From Magallana gigas (taxonomy: Eukaryota): a stretch of 64,000 bases of DNA. Numbering within the stretch: the stretch's first letter is position 1; every line of letters starts with the position of its first letter. Of the stretch, positions 23,365 through 36,711 are shown in pieces. The translations under genes were made by a program, and so were the position numbers. The stretch covers positions 5,084,001 to 5,148,000 of the forward strand of contig NC_088861.1 of assembly GCF_963853765.1 (NCBI RefSeq), in the 5' to 3' direction. The notes below the pieces were generated by a model that searched no databases, was not told the origin of the DNA, and was given only the letters and a program-made list of their open reading frames with translations.

Positions 23365-25550
23365 AGTTAAGTATTTGATATGAGCAAAACCTAACAGGTT
23401 CTTCTCCCTTCTGAGGTAAGATAGATTATTGTTAATTTTCAATTGCAATGACAGTCAAGTTCTCTTTTGTGTTTTGTTGACTTGTTTCCTAAAGATGTCG
23501 TAAAATTAACATATTTTTTGGAAACATGAAAATTGGCAATGCTCATAGTGTAGACAAGGTAATCGTAGAGTAAAAAAGCTATGAAAGCATTGTAAAAAGT
23601 GTGTCAGTAATAATGTGAATTTGGTGTATATGTAATTAGCTTTTTGGGTAATATGTATAGTATGTGTAAAAGGATAAGTACTGTATACATGCAAAACTAA
23701 AACTATATAAGTAAAAAAAAAAACGAGTAAAAATATGCATGTATAATTTAGTAAATACATGTAAAGTACATGTAAAGTAATGCATTGCAATCCCAATGTT
23801 TGATATATACCGTTATGATATGTATACTATTTAAGAGATCCCAGTTTGCAGTATCCCAGTATTACCTAAACAAAGAACTAGTATTCTGGGAACCCATTTT
23901 TTCAAGAACAATTGAAACATCCTAATCTTAAATATTCATTCAACTATCCAACAGTACACCAACTTTGGCCTGTCATACTTGGACGGATGGTTGGGGAGCC
24001 CAACGAGGCCACCGTTTCGGACAAGCCAATTAGTGACCATTAACATTTTCTTTTATTGTAAAACTGAAAAAAAAAACTAAACGAATCTACTGTATTAAAA
24101 TGTAGTTAACATTTAGAGAGGAAATTTGAGTTCCCTTTGAAGAATTGTTCTCTCCAGAGAATAGAAACAGCATTTTAAATAATAACACCTAACAGAAACA
24201 AAATATTTATTGCAATTAATAGTGCATGTTGAAATTAAAATAAAAAAAAAACCCACAGAAAATAAAGAGCAATTTTAAATAGTTTTAGCTTGACTTGTTT
24301 TTCGTGTGGACACATATTACAAGTAACAGTTTTAAACTTTTTAACCAAAATACACCCGTAGGCACGCGTCGGAGAAAAAATTGTATGATCGATGGTTTCA
24401 AATTTTTTGCAATTGATTTGGTCATTAAATGTTTCAGGACGTAAACGTTAAACTCGAACTAAACAAAGAATTACTAGCCAACATGTGATTTGTTCAATGG
24501 TGCTTTAATTGTGACTTCTCATTTATAAAGACTTAATGTAATTATCGACCAGTCATTGATGTTACAGTAGTTCTTCAGGACACAAAACAGAAAGTGGTCT
24601 GTACAGTGGAATCTTGCAGCATAAAAAACGTCATTGAATATATTTTTTAATCAGAAATCCTGCATACCATATGATTTACAGTAGCGGTCTGTGTATATGT
24701 AATTTTGTATAGAACAGAAGGATTGAAAGTGCTGGTAAACACTGTATCATAACACTTGTTGTGTTAGACATATTATGTTGGTGTTACACATTATGGACAG
24801 GTTGATTCTACTTTTTTTTTTAAATTTTGCCTACTTGTGGGGATAACAAGCAAGAGCAATCAGAACATCTATAAATAGATTAACGATAACTTGTTTAACA
24901 ATCTAAATTTACATTGTGTAAATCACAATATTACATCAAGCTAATAAATATACGAAACCTTGAGCGGATCTAGAAGGCATCACAAAATTATCTGAAATAC
25001 GCCTTGCACCCATCTGGCAAACATAGATAACCTTCAACGCCTCTCCTAGGAAAAATGTTATGGATCCGCACATGAATATCCTATTATTCTTTGCGAATGC
25101 GCAGTCGGATGGACTGATCTCATTTTGATTGTAAATAGATAGTTAAAAAAAATCGGATCTGGCAGTGATAACCGCGACCTAGCTACTTCTTTTGCAGGAA
25201 AGCACCATATACACCCAATTTTGCTTATCTGGAAATGATATGATTAGGCATGGCGATGGGGTATGTATGTTCTTTATAGTAAGGTATTGATCGAAAATAA
25301 TATATTCACACAAGGTACGTGTAGTAAGGTAAGGTAATGTAAGTTTGATCTTTTATAGTTGAAAATTTTTAGTTTGATGCAATTTCTTAAAATAAAAAAA
25401 AAATGCAAGTCAGAAGTCTTAGCCTAATTATACTGTAATACCAGTTAACTGAGTCAATAAATCGATTTAAAACTTAATATCTGTCTATTGCATTATTTTT
25501 TTCCTCTCTAACATACTTTGATATCTCTAACAAAGCACTTGTTCAATACA

Positions 25551-26089
25551 AATCATAAAAGTGAAACGTGAAATATGAATTTGAAATTATATGCAAAAAT
25601 TTTACTACAAAGTCTTTTTATATTACATTGTATAAGAGAGTTAATCATGAGAAAAAGTATTAAACTATAAGCTAAATGAAAAAAAAAGCAAAAGTAGAGA
25701 TACCAAATAAAACACCAGTAATATATATAAAATTTGGCATTTAACAAAATATATACATATTCCTTTGAGTATGCAAATACAATTACAAAATCATAAAAGC
25801 GAACGAAACGTGAATTATCAATTGTAACTATATGCAAAAATGTTACTAAAAAGGTTTTTTTTATATTATACTGTACTCGAGAGCTGATCATGAGGAAAAG
25901 CATTGAACTAAATGAAAAATAAGAAATAGTACAGATACAAAATATAACACCTGTTATATCTTATAGAAAAACATACATTAGATAGTCTACAATGTATTTC
26001 ACATTGGTTTCGAAACACGATCATCATTTTTTACTCATTCAAAAAGTAAAAATTTGGCATTTAAAAAAAGATATACATATTCCTTGGAG
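25551..26089. repeat. Diverged tandem duplication (about 240-300 bp units) just 3' of the gene 5 stop
   Basis: AAATCATAAAAG...TATATGCAAAAAT...ATCATGAG.AAAAG and AATTTGGCATTTAA...ATATACATATTCCTT.GAGT each occur twice. Confidence 0.7.
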
Positions 26090-29000
26090 TTACATGTTTT
26101 CATATCGACGTGAGTCTGCTAGCATGTAGATACTGTTGTCAGTAGATATATCTACATCGCAAATATCAATGCGTTGTTCAGTTGGTCTCCAAAGGGTGCT
26201 AGTGATGTGTTCTGACATGACAGATCCAACGTAATGGGCGTTTAGTTTTATTTGTCTTGAGTAGAATCGTCTGTTTACTAATTCAATGATAAGAAGAGTT
26301 GCAATGACCAGTACAGCTGAAACCCCGACGACAATTCCGATAACCATTGGGAGATTTGAATCACCTGGCAATTTCTGATATTCTAAGAAGAGACAAAGAA
26401 GATTAAGATATGCAAAGGGTAAAAAAATATTATCTTCATTCCCTATTCTACTAAGCAACACCATCTCATTTTCTTTGGGGAGAGCATTTCATATTTAAAG
26501 TATATGATGACAGTGTTTGAAGTGATATTTTGGATATGAAGGGTTAATGTTGGGTCAAATTTTAATATAATTACAAGATCATTTCATGAAATGCTTAAGC
26601 CAGCAAAACAAAAAAATACATCAACCGGCTTTGATGCAGAAATTGTTTTAGAAGTGTTAAGGAGGTTGTTGGTCAAGTTTTACTATGTGAAATTGAGCTT
26701 TTCTCATCATTATTGACTACATCTTAGAATTATGAGATAATGTCGTAATTAATATTCTCTTTTGAAAACATAATCAAAATGCATAACATGGTACTTTTAC
26801 AATACTCGCCTGTGTTCCAGATCGTATTTATATAATGAAAGAAAATGTACCTTTTTCTTTGTCAAAGTTCTGATCATATCTAAATGGATTTGGGGTTACA
26901 AGTTATTAATGTGATAAAGTGGATAAGTTTTGATTCGTGATTCCGAAAAATGGAGTAGATTTACATTTATATAAGTCTGGATACTATTCACAGTCAAGTT
27001 TTAAATATTTCTTCCTGTATCATGCTAGTGCCTGTCTAATTCCCAAGGTGTTAAACATTGAATATGTTTGTTTATGTGCAAAGGTGATGCTGATTTTCTT
27101 GTTTTCATCTTACTTGTAGCCGTCCAATAAGTGAGCAGTTTTTACCTGTCTCTGTCCTTTATGTTTAAGAATGGATATTTTTTAATCCATTGTTTTGAAG
27201 AATAGACGGCTACAGTTAACCTTTTGGATTGTTTTTAATTCTAAGAGTATTTTATCTTGTATAAAGGCCAAACACGAAATCCGTTGACAGCATATATTTG
27301 TTTACAAACATTTTAGATAAGAATAACTGCATATCTGCAAGGCATACTTAATTATATCGGGTTGTGATAAAAAAAAAACAAATATTTGTATTGTTTGGTT
27401 TATTAAAATTATGTGGCTTTTATTCCAACTTTAGATCACATATTTGTCAATTTTTTACACTGTAGCAAAAGTGAAACAATTATCTAAAAAACGTCTTTCT
27501 TATTTAAAAGCAACGCAGCTTCGTGATGAAAAACGTTGAAGGCAAGTAAAAAAGAGTGTATTGTAGATGCCTTGTTTGTTTTCTTTTTTATTCTAACACA
27601 GGGCGAAATACAATCTTTAAGCAAGTCCGTAAAGATGACTTAAAGGTGGCGTAAAGGTGGCTTAAAGAATATACAATCTATAAGCCACCTTTAATTCACC
27701 TTTAAGCTTAAGTCATCTTTCAGTGGCATTTACACTCCCATTAAGTTGTCTTTACACCTTCTTTAAGTTCCCTTTAACTCAAGTTGATCAAACTGAACAT
27801 ATTCATCTTAAAAACATACATTAAATGCCAAAGCTCTTTTATAGGGATGGGAAGGGGTGTTCCGAGTGATGACATAATTTTCAAGGGGGGGGGGGGGGGG
27901 GGGGCTGGTGTTCCAGGCGGTTTTAATTGTCGCTCAGTTGAACATCGCATGAAGGTTGCTATCATCAACACCGCTCAAATGGACACAGATTGCAATTATA
28001 GAATTCTTTATTATTATTATTTTTTTAGTTTCAAAATTATTGTAGGGCTGAGCGCAGTCTCTGTATCTAAATCTGCGCATGAAATTATATATTAGGTATG
28101 TTTGTTTCCTATTATTAATTAACCGGTGAAAGCTCTTATTCCAGATCTGCTAGATCCATGTTAAAGATGAAAAGACTCTCAACTGCCTTTGTTATATCGG
28201 GCAGTATACTGCTTTGTTTGTCTAGACATAGTTTTCTTCGTTTTTGTAAATCTAGTTAGAATCTATTGTTTGTCCAACTTAGGAAAACTTCTGAAACAAA
28301 CACAGAATTTACAAGATATACACAACAGGTTTGTCGTGTGCTGAGATGCACGTCAAGGTTTCTATAGGCGTTGAAATCTTAGTACGATAAATCCAGTAAA
28401 TGAAAGTTTATTTACATTTGTAATTCATTCTCAAAGTATTATTTCCTAATTCTGGGTTTTAAAAATGTTACGTCTACAAATTAAAGATACAAGTAAGTAA
28501 GAGTGAAATCTAGAAGCTAATTAATTACTGTATTGGTGATCATAAATTGGGTTAATTATTTTAAAATATGTATCAGGGTTCATATGTCACATACCCGGCC
28601 GGGTACATCATACACTTGCATGTACATATATATGTATACATCATTTGCAATTGCCACATGCAGTAAATACGCCACCGGTTATTAGTAATATTGTTTGTTA
28701 TAGAATTGATAGTTTAAAAATCATGTATACATTTAAATATTTAAACATATATCATTTAATCTGTTATTCTAGATCTGTTGTAAATGTATAACAATCAATA
28801 TTATTTAAATTGCACATGCTGGAACGGCGCCGTGATCATGAAAACCGGGAATTTGCGTAGAACTAATACTATAAGAGGTTCAATGCATTTAAAAATAGTT
28901 TCATTTGGTGAACGTATATCAACTTGGTAAAAATTTATTAACTAAGTACTAGTAAGCCTAACAGTTTCCATTCAGGTATAATCTATTTTTTTTTTCACTG

Positions 29001-32000
29001 AAGACTAAGTACCGTTTTTCATTCTACATGCATGCATGTAATTTATAAAGGAATTTTAAGTTTACTTAAAATGCTTTAGATATATATATTGATTTTACAA
29101 TTTTTCGCACTACGAGTTATCGCACTTTTAAATGTGCATTATCAAGAAGAAGAGAATGCTCTATTTGGTCACGTAATGTTGGTGTCATCATTTGACCAAT
29201 GAAATTAAACGCGGAAATTTTAGCGACTCTCTTTGTTTAGAAAGACGCGCTAATTCACTTTCTTTCATGACGCCGCACGGGTAACATCTTTGAATACTGA
29301 TTCTGTTCCTTCGGACCACTTCTTAAAAAATCCACCACCTCCCCTCCACCTTTCCAGTGTTAAATATTTTATATCATTTTCTTTATTTTTCTTTTTTTTC
29401 ACCTTTTCTTTTTTCATGCATGTATTTTTTTGTAGATAATGATGTACCCGGCCGGGTATGTGATATATGAAACCTTATTCATATTTGTATATTATTATTA
29501 ATCACTACTCGGAAATTAATTATAGTTACATCATATTAAGATCAAATGCATGACTGTGACATAATTCAATTAAAATTCAATTGTACATCTGTTGTAGTGT
29601 TACGTAATATAATTTTATATAATTTTACGCAATGTGTTACAATGTTATGTAACAATTAAAGTCATGCAGGTGGCAAAGAGCAACATATACCATGTCTTGT
29701 TTTGTTTATATACATTGTACATGTACATTGTATTATGAATCAAAATATAGAGGTGATGGTCATACGTAAAGTAAATTACATAAGTTAAAGCCCTTTCATA
29801 CGGAAATCAATTATGGATAAATTGAATATAATTGATTGGTACAAACCTAATGGAAGTCAAAATCTTTTCAAGTAAAAAATACACACTCATTACATTGATT
29901 CAATAGCCACCAATTTATAGGATATAAAAACCTCCTATTAGATATAAGTTGCTGTGGCGCAGAGGGAGTGAGGTGATGCCAGTAAACGAAGGGTCCCGGG
30001 TGTAATCCTCGTCTTTGGCGTTTTTAATTTTTTTCATTCTTTTTTCTATAGCAAAAACCGTTTTTAATACCCTTTCTGTCATAAAGTTAATACATTTTGT
30101 TGATAAAATAAATTAAGCACAATATTGAATTAAAAGACTTTTATTGACTTGGCGTAAGATGGCGTAAAGGTGCCCTAAAGGTTGCTATAAAAAGTTTGGA
30201 CATTAAGGACCTATAAGTTGTCCTTAAAGGTGGCTTAAATGTGCCTTAAAGATAGTCTTTAAGCTGCCTTTAAGCACCTTTAAGCCATCTTTATGCTTTC
30301 TTTAAGCCACCTTTAAACACCAAATATAGCTTAAAGGTGGCTTAAAAATCGTCTTTAAGCTACAATCAAGCACCTTTGAGCTATCTCTATGGAGAATTTA
30401 AAGATAGTCATTCATCCTGTGTAATATAAAATTGCTCATTGTTTGCCTTGTGGAGATCTAAAATATATTTGTGCTTTAATAAATAATAATTTCCCAAATG
30501 TTTTATTTATAGTCTGCCCCTAGATAATTATGTCGCACATTTATAGTAAGACGATTTAAAAAAAAAACATTTTAAAAATACCTGTGAGAAAAGTGCAATT
30601 GAAGTCGACAAAACGGAAAATTTTATCTTCATTGACACTTTATAGTTTTTTACTCACAAAATATCACAGGAACGAAAACTGATTATCTACAGTACCGATC
30701 AGACCCAACCTAACAGAAAGTAAACCCCAACTAAACCCTGGGATTACTTTCTGGGTTTACTAGAATAGACTCAGAGTAAACCACAAGCAAACCCCAAGTA
30801 AACCCAGAGTGGACACAGATAGTAAACCCCGATCAGAAGTATACCCTGAAAGCAGACGCTACATGTGTATTCGGAATATACAAAGGGCAGGAATCACAGG
30901 CAGTAGGATGGTAAGATAAAGACGGGTCTGCTTCACACTTCAGTGCATATAGTTGACTCCAAAATCAATTCTCGAGTAAACCCGAAGTAAATCCCTAGTA
31001 AACCCAAAGTAAATCCCGAGTGGACACAAATTTTCAAATAGTAAACCCAAAGTAAACCCAGAAAGTAAACCCGGGGTTTAGTTGGGGTTTACTCTGGTGT
31101 TAGGTTGGGTCTGATCGGTACTATATATTACGAAGGAAAATGCAAATATATTTTCTCCATTTCGAAGTCACAAGGAATACCTCGCTTAATTTTTTAAACG
31201 TTTTCGTCCGGATACTTTCAATTCTTTTGGATTGGAAAATCCCCGTGGATTTTTTTTTTATATATTTGCATCCGTATATTGAATCATGACAAGCTAAAGG
31301 AAGCGTTTCAAAAGGGAAATATGTACTTAAAAATAAACAAAATGTTGAACAATTTAAGAAAATGTGCGGAATAAATATCTTGGAACAGACTATAGTACGC
31401 TATAGCTCATATATACCTCTGTCAATTGTCCCGTCCTGTGTCAGACACCCAACGGTTGAATTACATATTTCCCGGTTACAATGTGAACAATCCTGAACTA
31501 ATGATCAGTTTTAAAAATACTTTATAATAAGGCAACAACTGAAAGGGTCCGCTTAATATAAAGGATGAAGAACGAGATTGATTTCTTTTGAGAGAACCAC
31601 TTTATCCTTTACAAATGAGTTGGTGTTAAGGATAAATAAAGAAGAGACCTTTTATTTTGATCTATGTCCGAAAACAATTTTTTTGGTTAAGAATGAACAA
31701 CATATGACTAAGGGGAGACGACATGCGATCCTTAACCGGATTCTTTTAAAATCTGCAATAATCATTACATCCAATTTATCAGCTTCTTTCCGTGTATCTG
31801 TGCATCTTTTACAAAAAGAGCACTATTTGAATTAAGCAAAAACCAGCGACGGACAAGGGACAAGGGGGTAAAATATGTTTTAAGCAAGAATATACGAGAC
31901 TGGTTTATTAGTGTAAAACTTGTTTTAAAGTCATCAAACGATCTCACTAAAGAATGAAATGTAGAAATTACAAGCAGTGTTCTAAATCAAAAGTCCTAAG

Positions 32001-33428
32001 GAAAAATAAAGATCAGGAGCAGAGTATAAGCAGAATATAACTAACGTTATAAATTGTAGAAATAAATTAGGCGATAGCAAAAAAAATGATATCAGACAGG
32101 TAGATTTTGAGTTACAGATTTATTCATGGTAACGTCTTCAGTGTAAAATAAGAAAACTATACTTGAAGAAATAGATTCACACAAAGATTTGCATTATAGT
32201 TTACATTGAACCGACGAGAGATAAAAACAGAAAACTTTCTAGAAAAGTTACAGTTCAAAGACAAGCGGACGGATAAAACAAAATAGCAAATCGGAAAACA
32301 GATTTTTAAAAAACAATACACATATTGATATTGCTAACTAAAATAAATATAACAAATCTCATTTGATATAAGCTCTTCTATTCATTTTAGTAAATTGCCA
32401 CATTAATAAACTAGGATCAAACAATGTGATAATCTCTAACTGAAAAAATATATTATCATTAATTTTATTCTAAAAAAAGTGTATACATCAACTTTAAAAG
32501 TTCAAATAACATTTAAATAAATGGATACGTTTTCCCCTTTAAGTTCATAAAATAGAGAGAATTATGATAGTTTAATTTGCATCTGTTAGAAAATTGTTCT
32601 GTTTTAGTATTAGAAAGATTAAAATGACAGTTAGTGCAAATGTAGAATCTTACTTGTACTACTCTGAGGTTGTTTACCAGTTGTCATACAACCAAAAGCC
32701 AAACTGCAAGTTTCCTGACCACACAATGAACAATCATACTGACAATTTATTCCATAGTTTGGATATCTGCATGGTCTTGAACAATTTATTCCATAGTAAC
32801 CAACCGGACAATCTGTCAAATCATAGAAAATAAATTTTTCATTGGGTAACTAGATAAAAATCAAACAATATTTTTGTGTCGTACTATGATAAGTAACACA
32901 AAATAGTTTTAACATAACCATATATTTTTGTTAATGTATCTCTGTATAACGAACATTTAAAACGTAACAATACGATAACAAAACATTACAAAGAATATAC
33001 ATCTACTGACCAATGCACTTGTCCACCTTGCTCCATTGGCAATCCTCAAGACAGTTTTCTTTTGATTTCCTTTTTGACAATAAAATTAATTGTTTTATAT
33101 AAATAAAAAAAACAATCATTGTTTTAAGAAATATACAGTGTAAACAGTGTATGTCAAATTGATAATATTGGTACTAAAAATACATTCTAAGAGGGAATAG
33201 TTTATTAAAACACGAAGAAGAGCAAAAGCATCTTCTTCAACCCAATCATTGGACACAAAACTTATATATGTGTCATAAATGAATATACAAAGATAAGTAT
33301 TTTTTATACGTTTAGGTTTTTCATTTCTAAGAATTTTACCTTTCACAGTTTAAAGACGCACATAACATGGTGCAGCAAACCGTAGTGACTGCGACATACG
33401 TCTGGTATTGTATCCCCCTGTACTGCAT
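26090..33428 (-). CDS. EGF-like receptor gene 5 (type B, YENM tail), 197-aa model
   Basis: Exons 33340-33428 (MQYRGIQYQTYVAVTTVCCTMLCASLNCE-R), 33011-33069 (KSKENCLEDCQWSKVDKCI), 32660-32812 (DCPVGYYGINCSRPCRYPNYG...) and 26090-26382 (YQKLPGDSNLPMVIGIVVGVSAVLVIATLLIIELVNRRFYSRQ...DNSIYMLADSRRYENM*). The 594 nt join in frame across a 6.3 kb TE-filled last intron. Confidence 0.75.
27597..30421. mobile_element. 2.8 kb non-autonomous CMC-like (Chapaev3/EnSpm-type) element with subterminal TTAAAGGTGGC-type repeats
   Basis: TAA|CACAGGGCGAA ... TTCATCCTGTG|TAA. Dense, mixed-orientation AAGGTGGC/GCCACCTT repeats at 27640-27780 and 30150-30400. No transposase ORF seen. Confidence 0.75.
28570..29480. 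repeat. Internal inverted repeat pair containing the palindrome TACCCGGCCGGGTA
   Basis: TTCATATGTCACATACCCGGCCGGGTACATCAT at about 28579-28611, and its near reverse complement at about 29441-29475. Confidence 0.7.
30690..31123. mobile_element. 434-bp MITE with about 70-bp TIRs, internal AGTAAACCC repeats and TA TSD
   Basis: TA|CAGTACCGATCAGACCCAACCTAAC ... GTTAGGTTGGGTCTGATCGGTACTA|TA. Confidence 0.85.
31417..31495 (-). pseudogene. 5'-truncated second EGF-like exon of gene 5
   Basis: Encodes QDCSHCNREICNSTVGCLTQDGTIDR followed by a GT donor, nearly identical to the 3' half of exon 68-220. The acceptor half is replaced by unrelated sequence; intron homology to gene 1 resumes near 32050. Confidence 0.85.
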
Positions 33429-34031
33429 GGTTGATACATTCTGATGTTTCAGAATGTGATTCACATTTCCTTTTTTTTTTTATTAACTAGGGCATGTTTC
33501 AATTTTAGTTTGAAACAAGGAAAAAGAGTTTAACAGTAAAATGATAGAATTACCACAGCTCTCCATTATTAAATGACAGGAACATCGTTCTTGGGTGTTA
33601 TCAGAATATTCTAATGCTAAATTCATCGACTAGAAAAGAACAAGTTGTCATTTAACAATTTTACCGCTTTACTCGGTTAAAAAATACAGTCGGATTTGGT
33701 TATATATCTTCCTTGCTTAGCTTCTCAAAGTGACGGACCTAAATAAGCGCAATGGATCTGAGAGTGGCATAGACCATCTGTACTGTGGTGTGACTTTATT
33801 GTTGCGCTTTTTAGAGTAAATCGTATCTCGGGGAATCTTGAATTTTAAAGCCTTTATATCAAATTATGATTCTGGTAATAAGCGTTTTAACATTCTTATT
33901 GTTCGGATTACAGTCATTATGATTCTCAGATATATAATTAAATGCGTGATGGAAATTAAGCATGTGATATCTACTGAACAACTTTATACATTTATTGTGT
34001 AATGATGAGTTTATTATGAAGATTTATTCCC

Positions 34032-34067
34032 CCAAGAAAAATCATATATAAATATGATTTTTCTTGG
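34032..34067. repeat. Perfect 16-bp stem, 4-nt loop palindrome
   Basis: CCAAGAAAAATCATAT-ATAA-ATATGATTTTTCTTGG. Confidence 0.85.
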
Positions 34068-36711
34068 AGTAAAAAGCTTTCATATTTCCCAAACATTCGT
34101 GCAATAAAAGTTTTATTATACCTTACAACAAATGATTATACAAAATAGTCAATCTGTATTAATAGAGAGGTTTAGCAAACAAACGTGTACGCGTACGTGT
34201 ACGTGTAGAAAGGAAAATATGTGCATTACGTCATCAGTTTGTGAAATGACGAATTTCTACACGTATGTATCCGAATGAACATACGTGTAAATTGCAAAGT
34301 ACCAATAAAGTCAAGCTTGTGGCCTCTGTTTCCCTGTTGGCTATTTTTTTAACAAATATGTTTATTTGTCGTAAGCCTTAATATTTAATGCGAATACTGA
34401 TATCACCAAACATAAATTTTTTTTTTTAAAATGTAGTATGTCATTGGAGTTTTAATACACGTATCTCTTTCTCCAAAACATGCAATGACTCTGTTATTTT
34501 ATTCATCTGTAGGTACGCGTAGTTCTAACTTGTAACCTACAGGTGCAAGTAAGCGTACCCGTTGGTCTCCTAAACCTCTCAAATTTTTCGACTTGCCGAA
34601 ATTAAAAACGTCGTGATTTTGGTTTTTTTTTTCAGATTGTTTCTCTTTGTGTTCATAAATTTGAATCAAATATAGTAAAATTGATTTTTGCAGCATAAAG
34701 AGAACATTTTTGATTTTATCATTTTTGTCAATATGGTATGCTCAAATTGGCTTTTTCATACCTTTTGGATAAGAAAATACTGAGAAGAGGTGAGACACGA
34801 TATTTATTTCCCGGGAGACACGACGTTTTTTTCGCCCAGTCACATGACTTTCTAGACCAATCAGATGACGCGTTATATAGAATAATCATATTGAGGTGCA
34901 AGAATATTGAATGTCCTCTTCTATTTACATGATTTATTTGTAGTCTGATAAATTCCTGAATGTGTAACATAACCAATGATAGTGTTTAGTAAATTGAAAA
35001 ATATACGATTAATTCGAATTTACAACGTTTGTTGTTATAATCGTATAGTAACATACCAGGTCAACGACGTCACCTAATCACTTAAGAAATATAATCGCAC
35101 AGTACACATGAACATACGTTCGGCAAACACTGATGCTTAAGTCATCAGTGGAGTTTCATCTTCTCCAGTCACCGTTTGAAGTCTAATTAGCTTGCCCTCA
35201 TTTGCTTTAAAAAAGAAGAATATTTGGATGGACTGAATTTTAAAAAAATGCTGTAGTTGTTCTCACTAAATACTATTTAATACGAACTGTTATAACAATA
35301 AAGGATACCTCAATGTTTATCTAGACATTTTAAGAGGTAAAAAAAATTGTGATCAGCTAACATGACATTTAACAACCTTACATTTTGTATTTCAAATACA
35401 TATAATCTTGTATTAAACAGAAAGATTGCAATGAAAGTGCTGGTTAACACCACATCATAACTTTTGGTTTGGACATATTCTGTTTGTGATTTACATTTAC
35501 TTTTTTCCTAATTTTGCGGACGTGTGGGGAAAAGGCAAACGCATTTCAGAACTTATATGTACTACAGTAACAATCACTTGTATACATGTACCAGTCTAAC
35601 GTCACATTATTTTCGTTCAATAGCATATATGGATCTGAAAGCAGGTGCCCGGAACCCCCCCCCCCCCACCCTCCCCTACTGCAAAATTCAAATTGCTATA
35701 AATCAAACTCAGGCAACACGGATAATCCTTAGCCCCCGTCCACCCCCCCACCCCCCAAAAAAAATCTGGATCCGCGCATTGTTCCCCCTTAACTCTGTCT
35801 GATTGAACTACTTTTTCTTTGACTTAAAACAAATATCCCTAATTTAAAGAACAAAACAAAACAATGTATCAAAAGTGTCCTTAGGTAATATTTTATCACT
35901 TGTGTATGTAGCAATGGTTGATTTTCAAAGGATATTCAAAATACCCATGCATCTACACATTATTTAACAGTGTTCTTATAATAAAAATGATTCCATTTTT
36001 TCAGCTGTTATTTTGAAGACGCATTTGATGCAGCCTTGTAAAGATGATTCATTTTTTCTTATCTTGGTTAAGTTTTAGAAGGTTCGATGTCACCTTAAAA
36101 AACAATTTCGCTGATGAACGTTTCAAGTCAAAAGAAATATTTATTTCAATTAAAGATTAGTCTAAGTTTGTTTAAGTTTACATTGATGTCTTTGAACAGG
36201 CAAAAATAAACATTTTCTTTTCAATCAGTTACTATAAAGTTTGTTGACAAGGGTTTTCCACATTTAACAATGTTGCAGGAACTGAAATATATTTACTCGT
36301 TTAACAAAGAACATGAAATTCAGGAGAGACATAGTACTCTTTAGAAAAGTCGGAATAAGTGTCTTTTTTAAGAATGTTTTCTGATTCTAATGTTTGTTGT
36401 AGATTTACCTATTCAATATTTAACTACATAAAATAATTTGTATATTTCAAATTCTGCAATAGCAAAACCTAATCATTACACTGATGGATAGAGTACACAT
36501 AGGTGTACTAACATTACATTAAAATTTTGTAAATTAAAACGTATACATATAAAGAATTGTAAACAAGCAACTTTATCACATTTTTATTACTTTTTACAAT
36601 TAAAGTTTAGTTTTCGAAATGAATGTTTTCCAAATTATATTTAACCTTCTTGATACAACTTATTTCAATCAAACTCTTATTTGAAAAAGAATATAAAAGA
36701 TAAAAACTCGA

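Noticed and set aside
26115-26140. SIYMLA as an ITIM
   Set aside because: The ITIM consensus needs L/V at Tyr+3, and here it is Ala; no canonical ITIM or ITAM was found in any tail.
29951-30020. tRNA gene-like segment (TGGCGCAGAGGG ... GGGTGTAATCC)
   Set aside because: The B-box is degenerate and I could not fold a cloverleaf; at most a tRNA-derived relic within the 2.8 kb element.
27640-30400. Short repeated AAGGTGGC/TTAAAG units (and AGTAAACCC units at 30720-31090) as a CRISPR-like array
   Set aside because: Irregular spacing, mixed orientation, no unique equal-length spacers, located inside TIR elements, and the context is eukaryotic.
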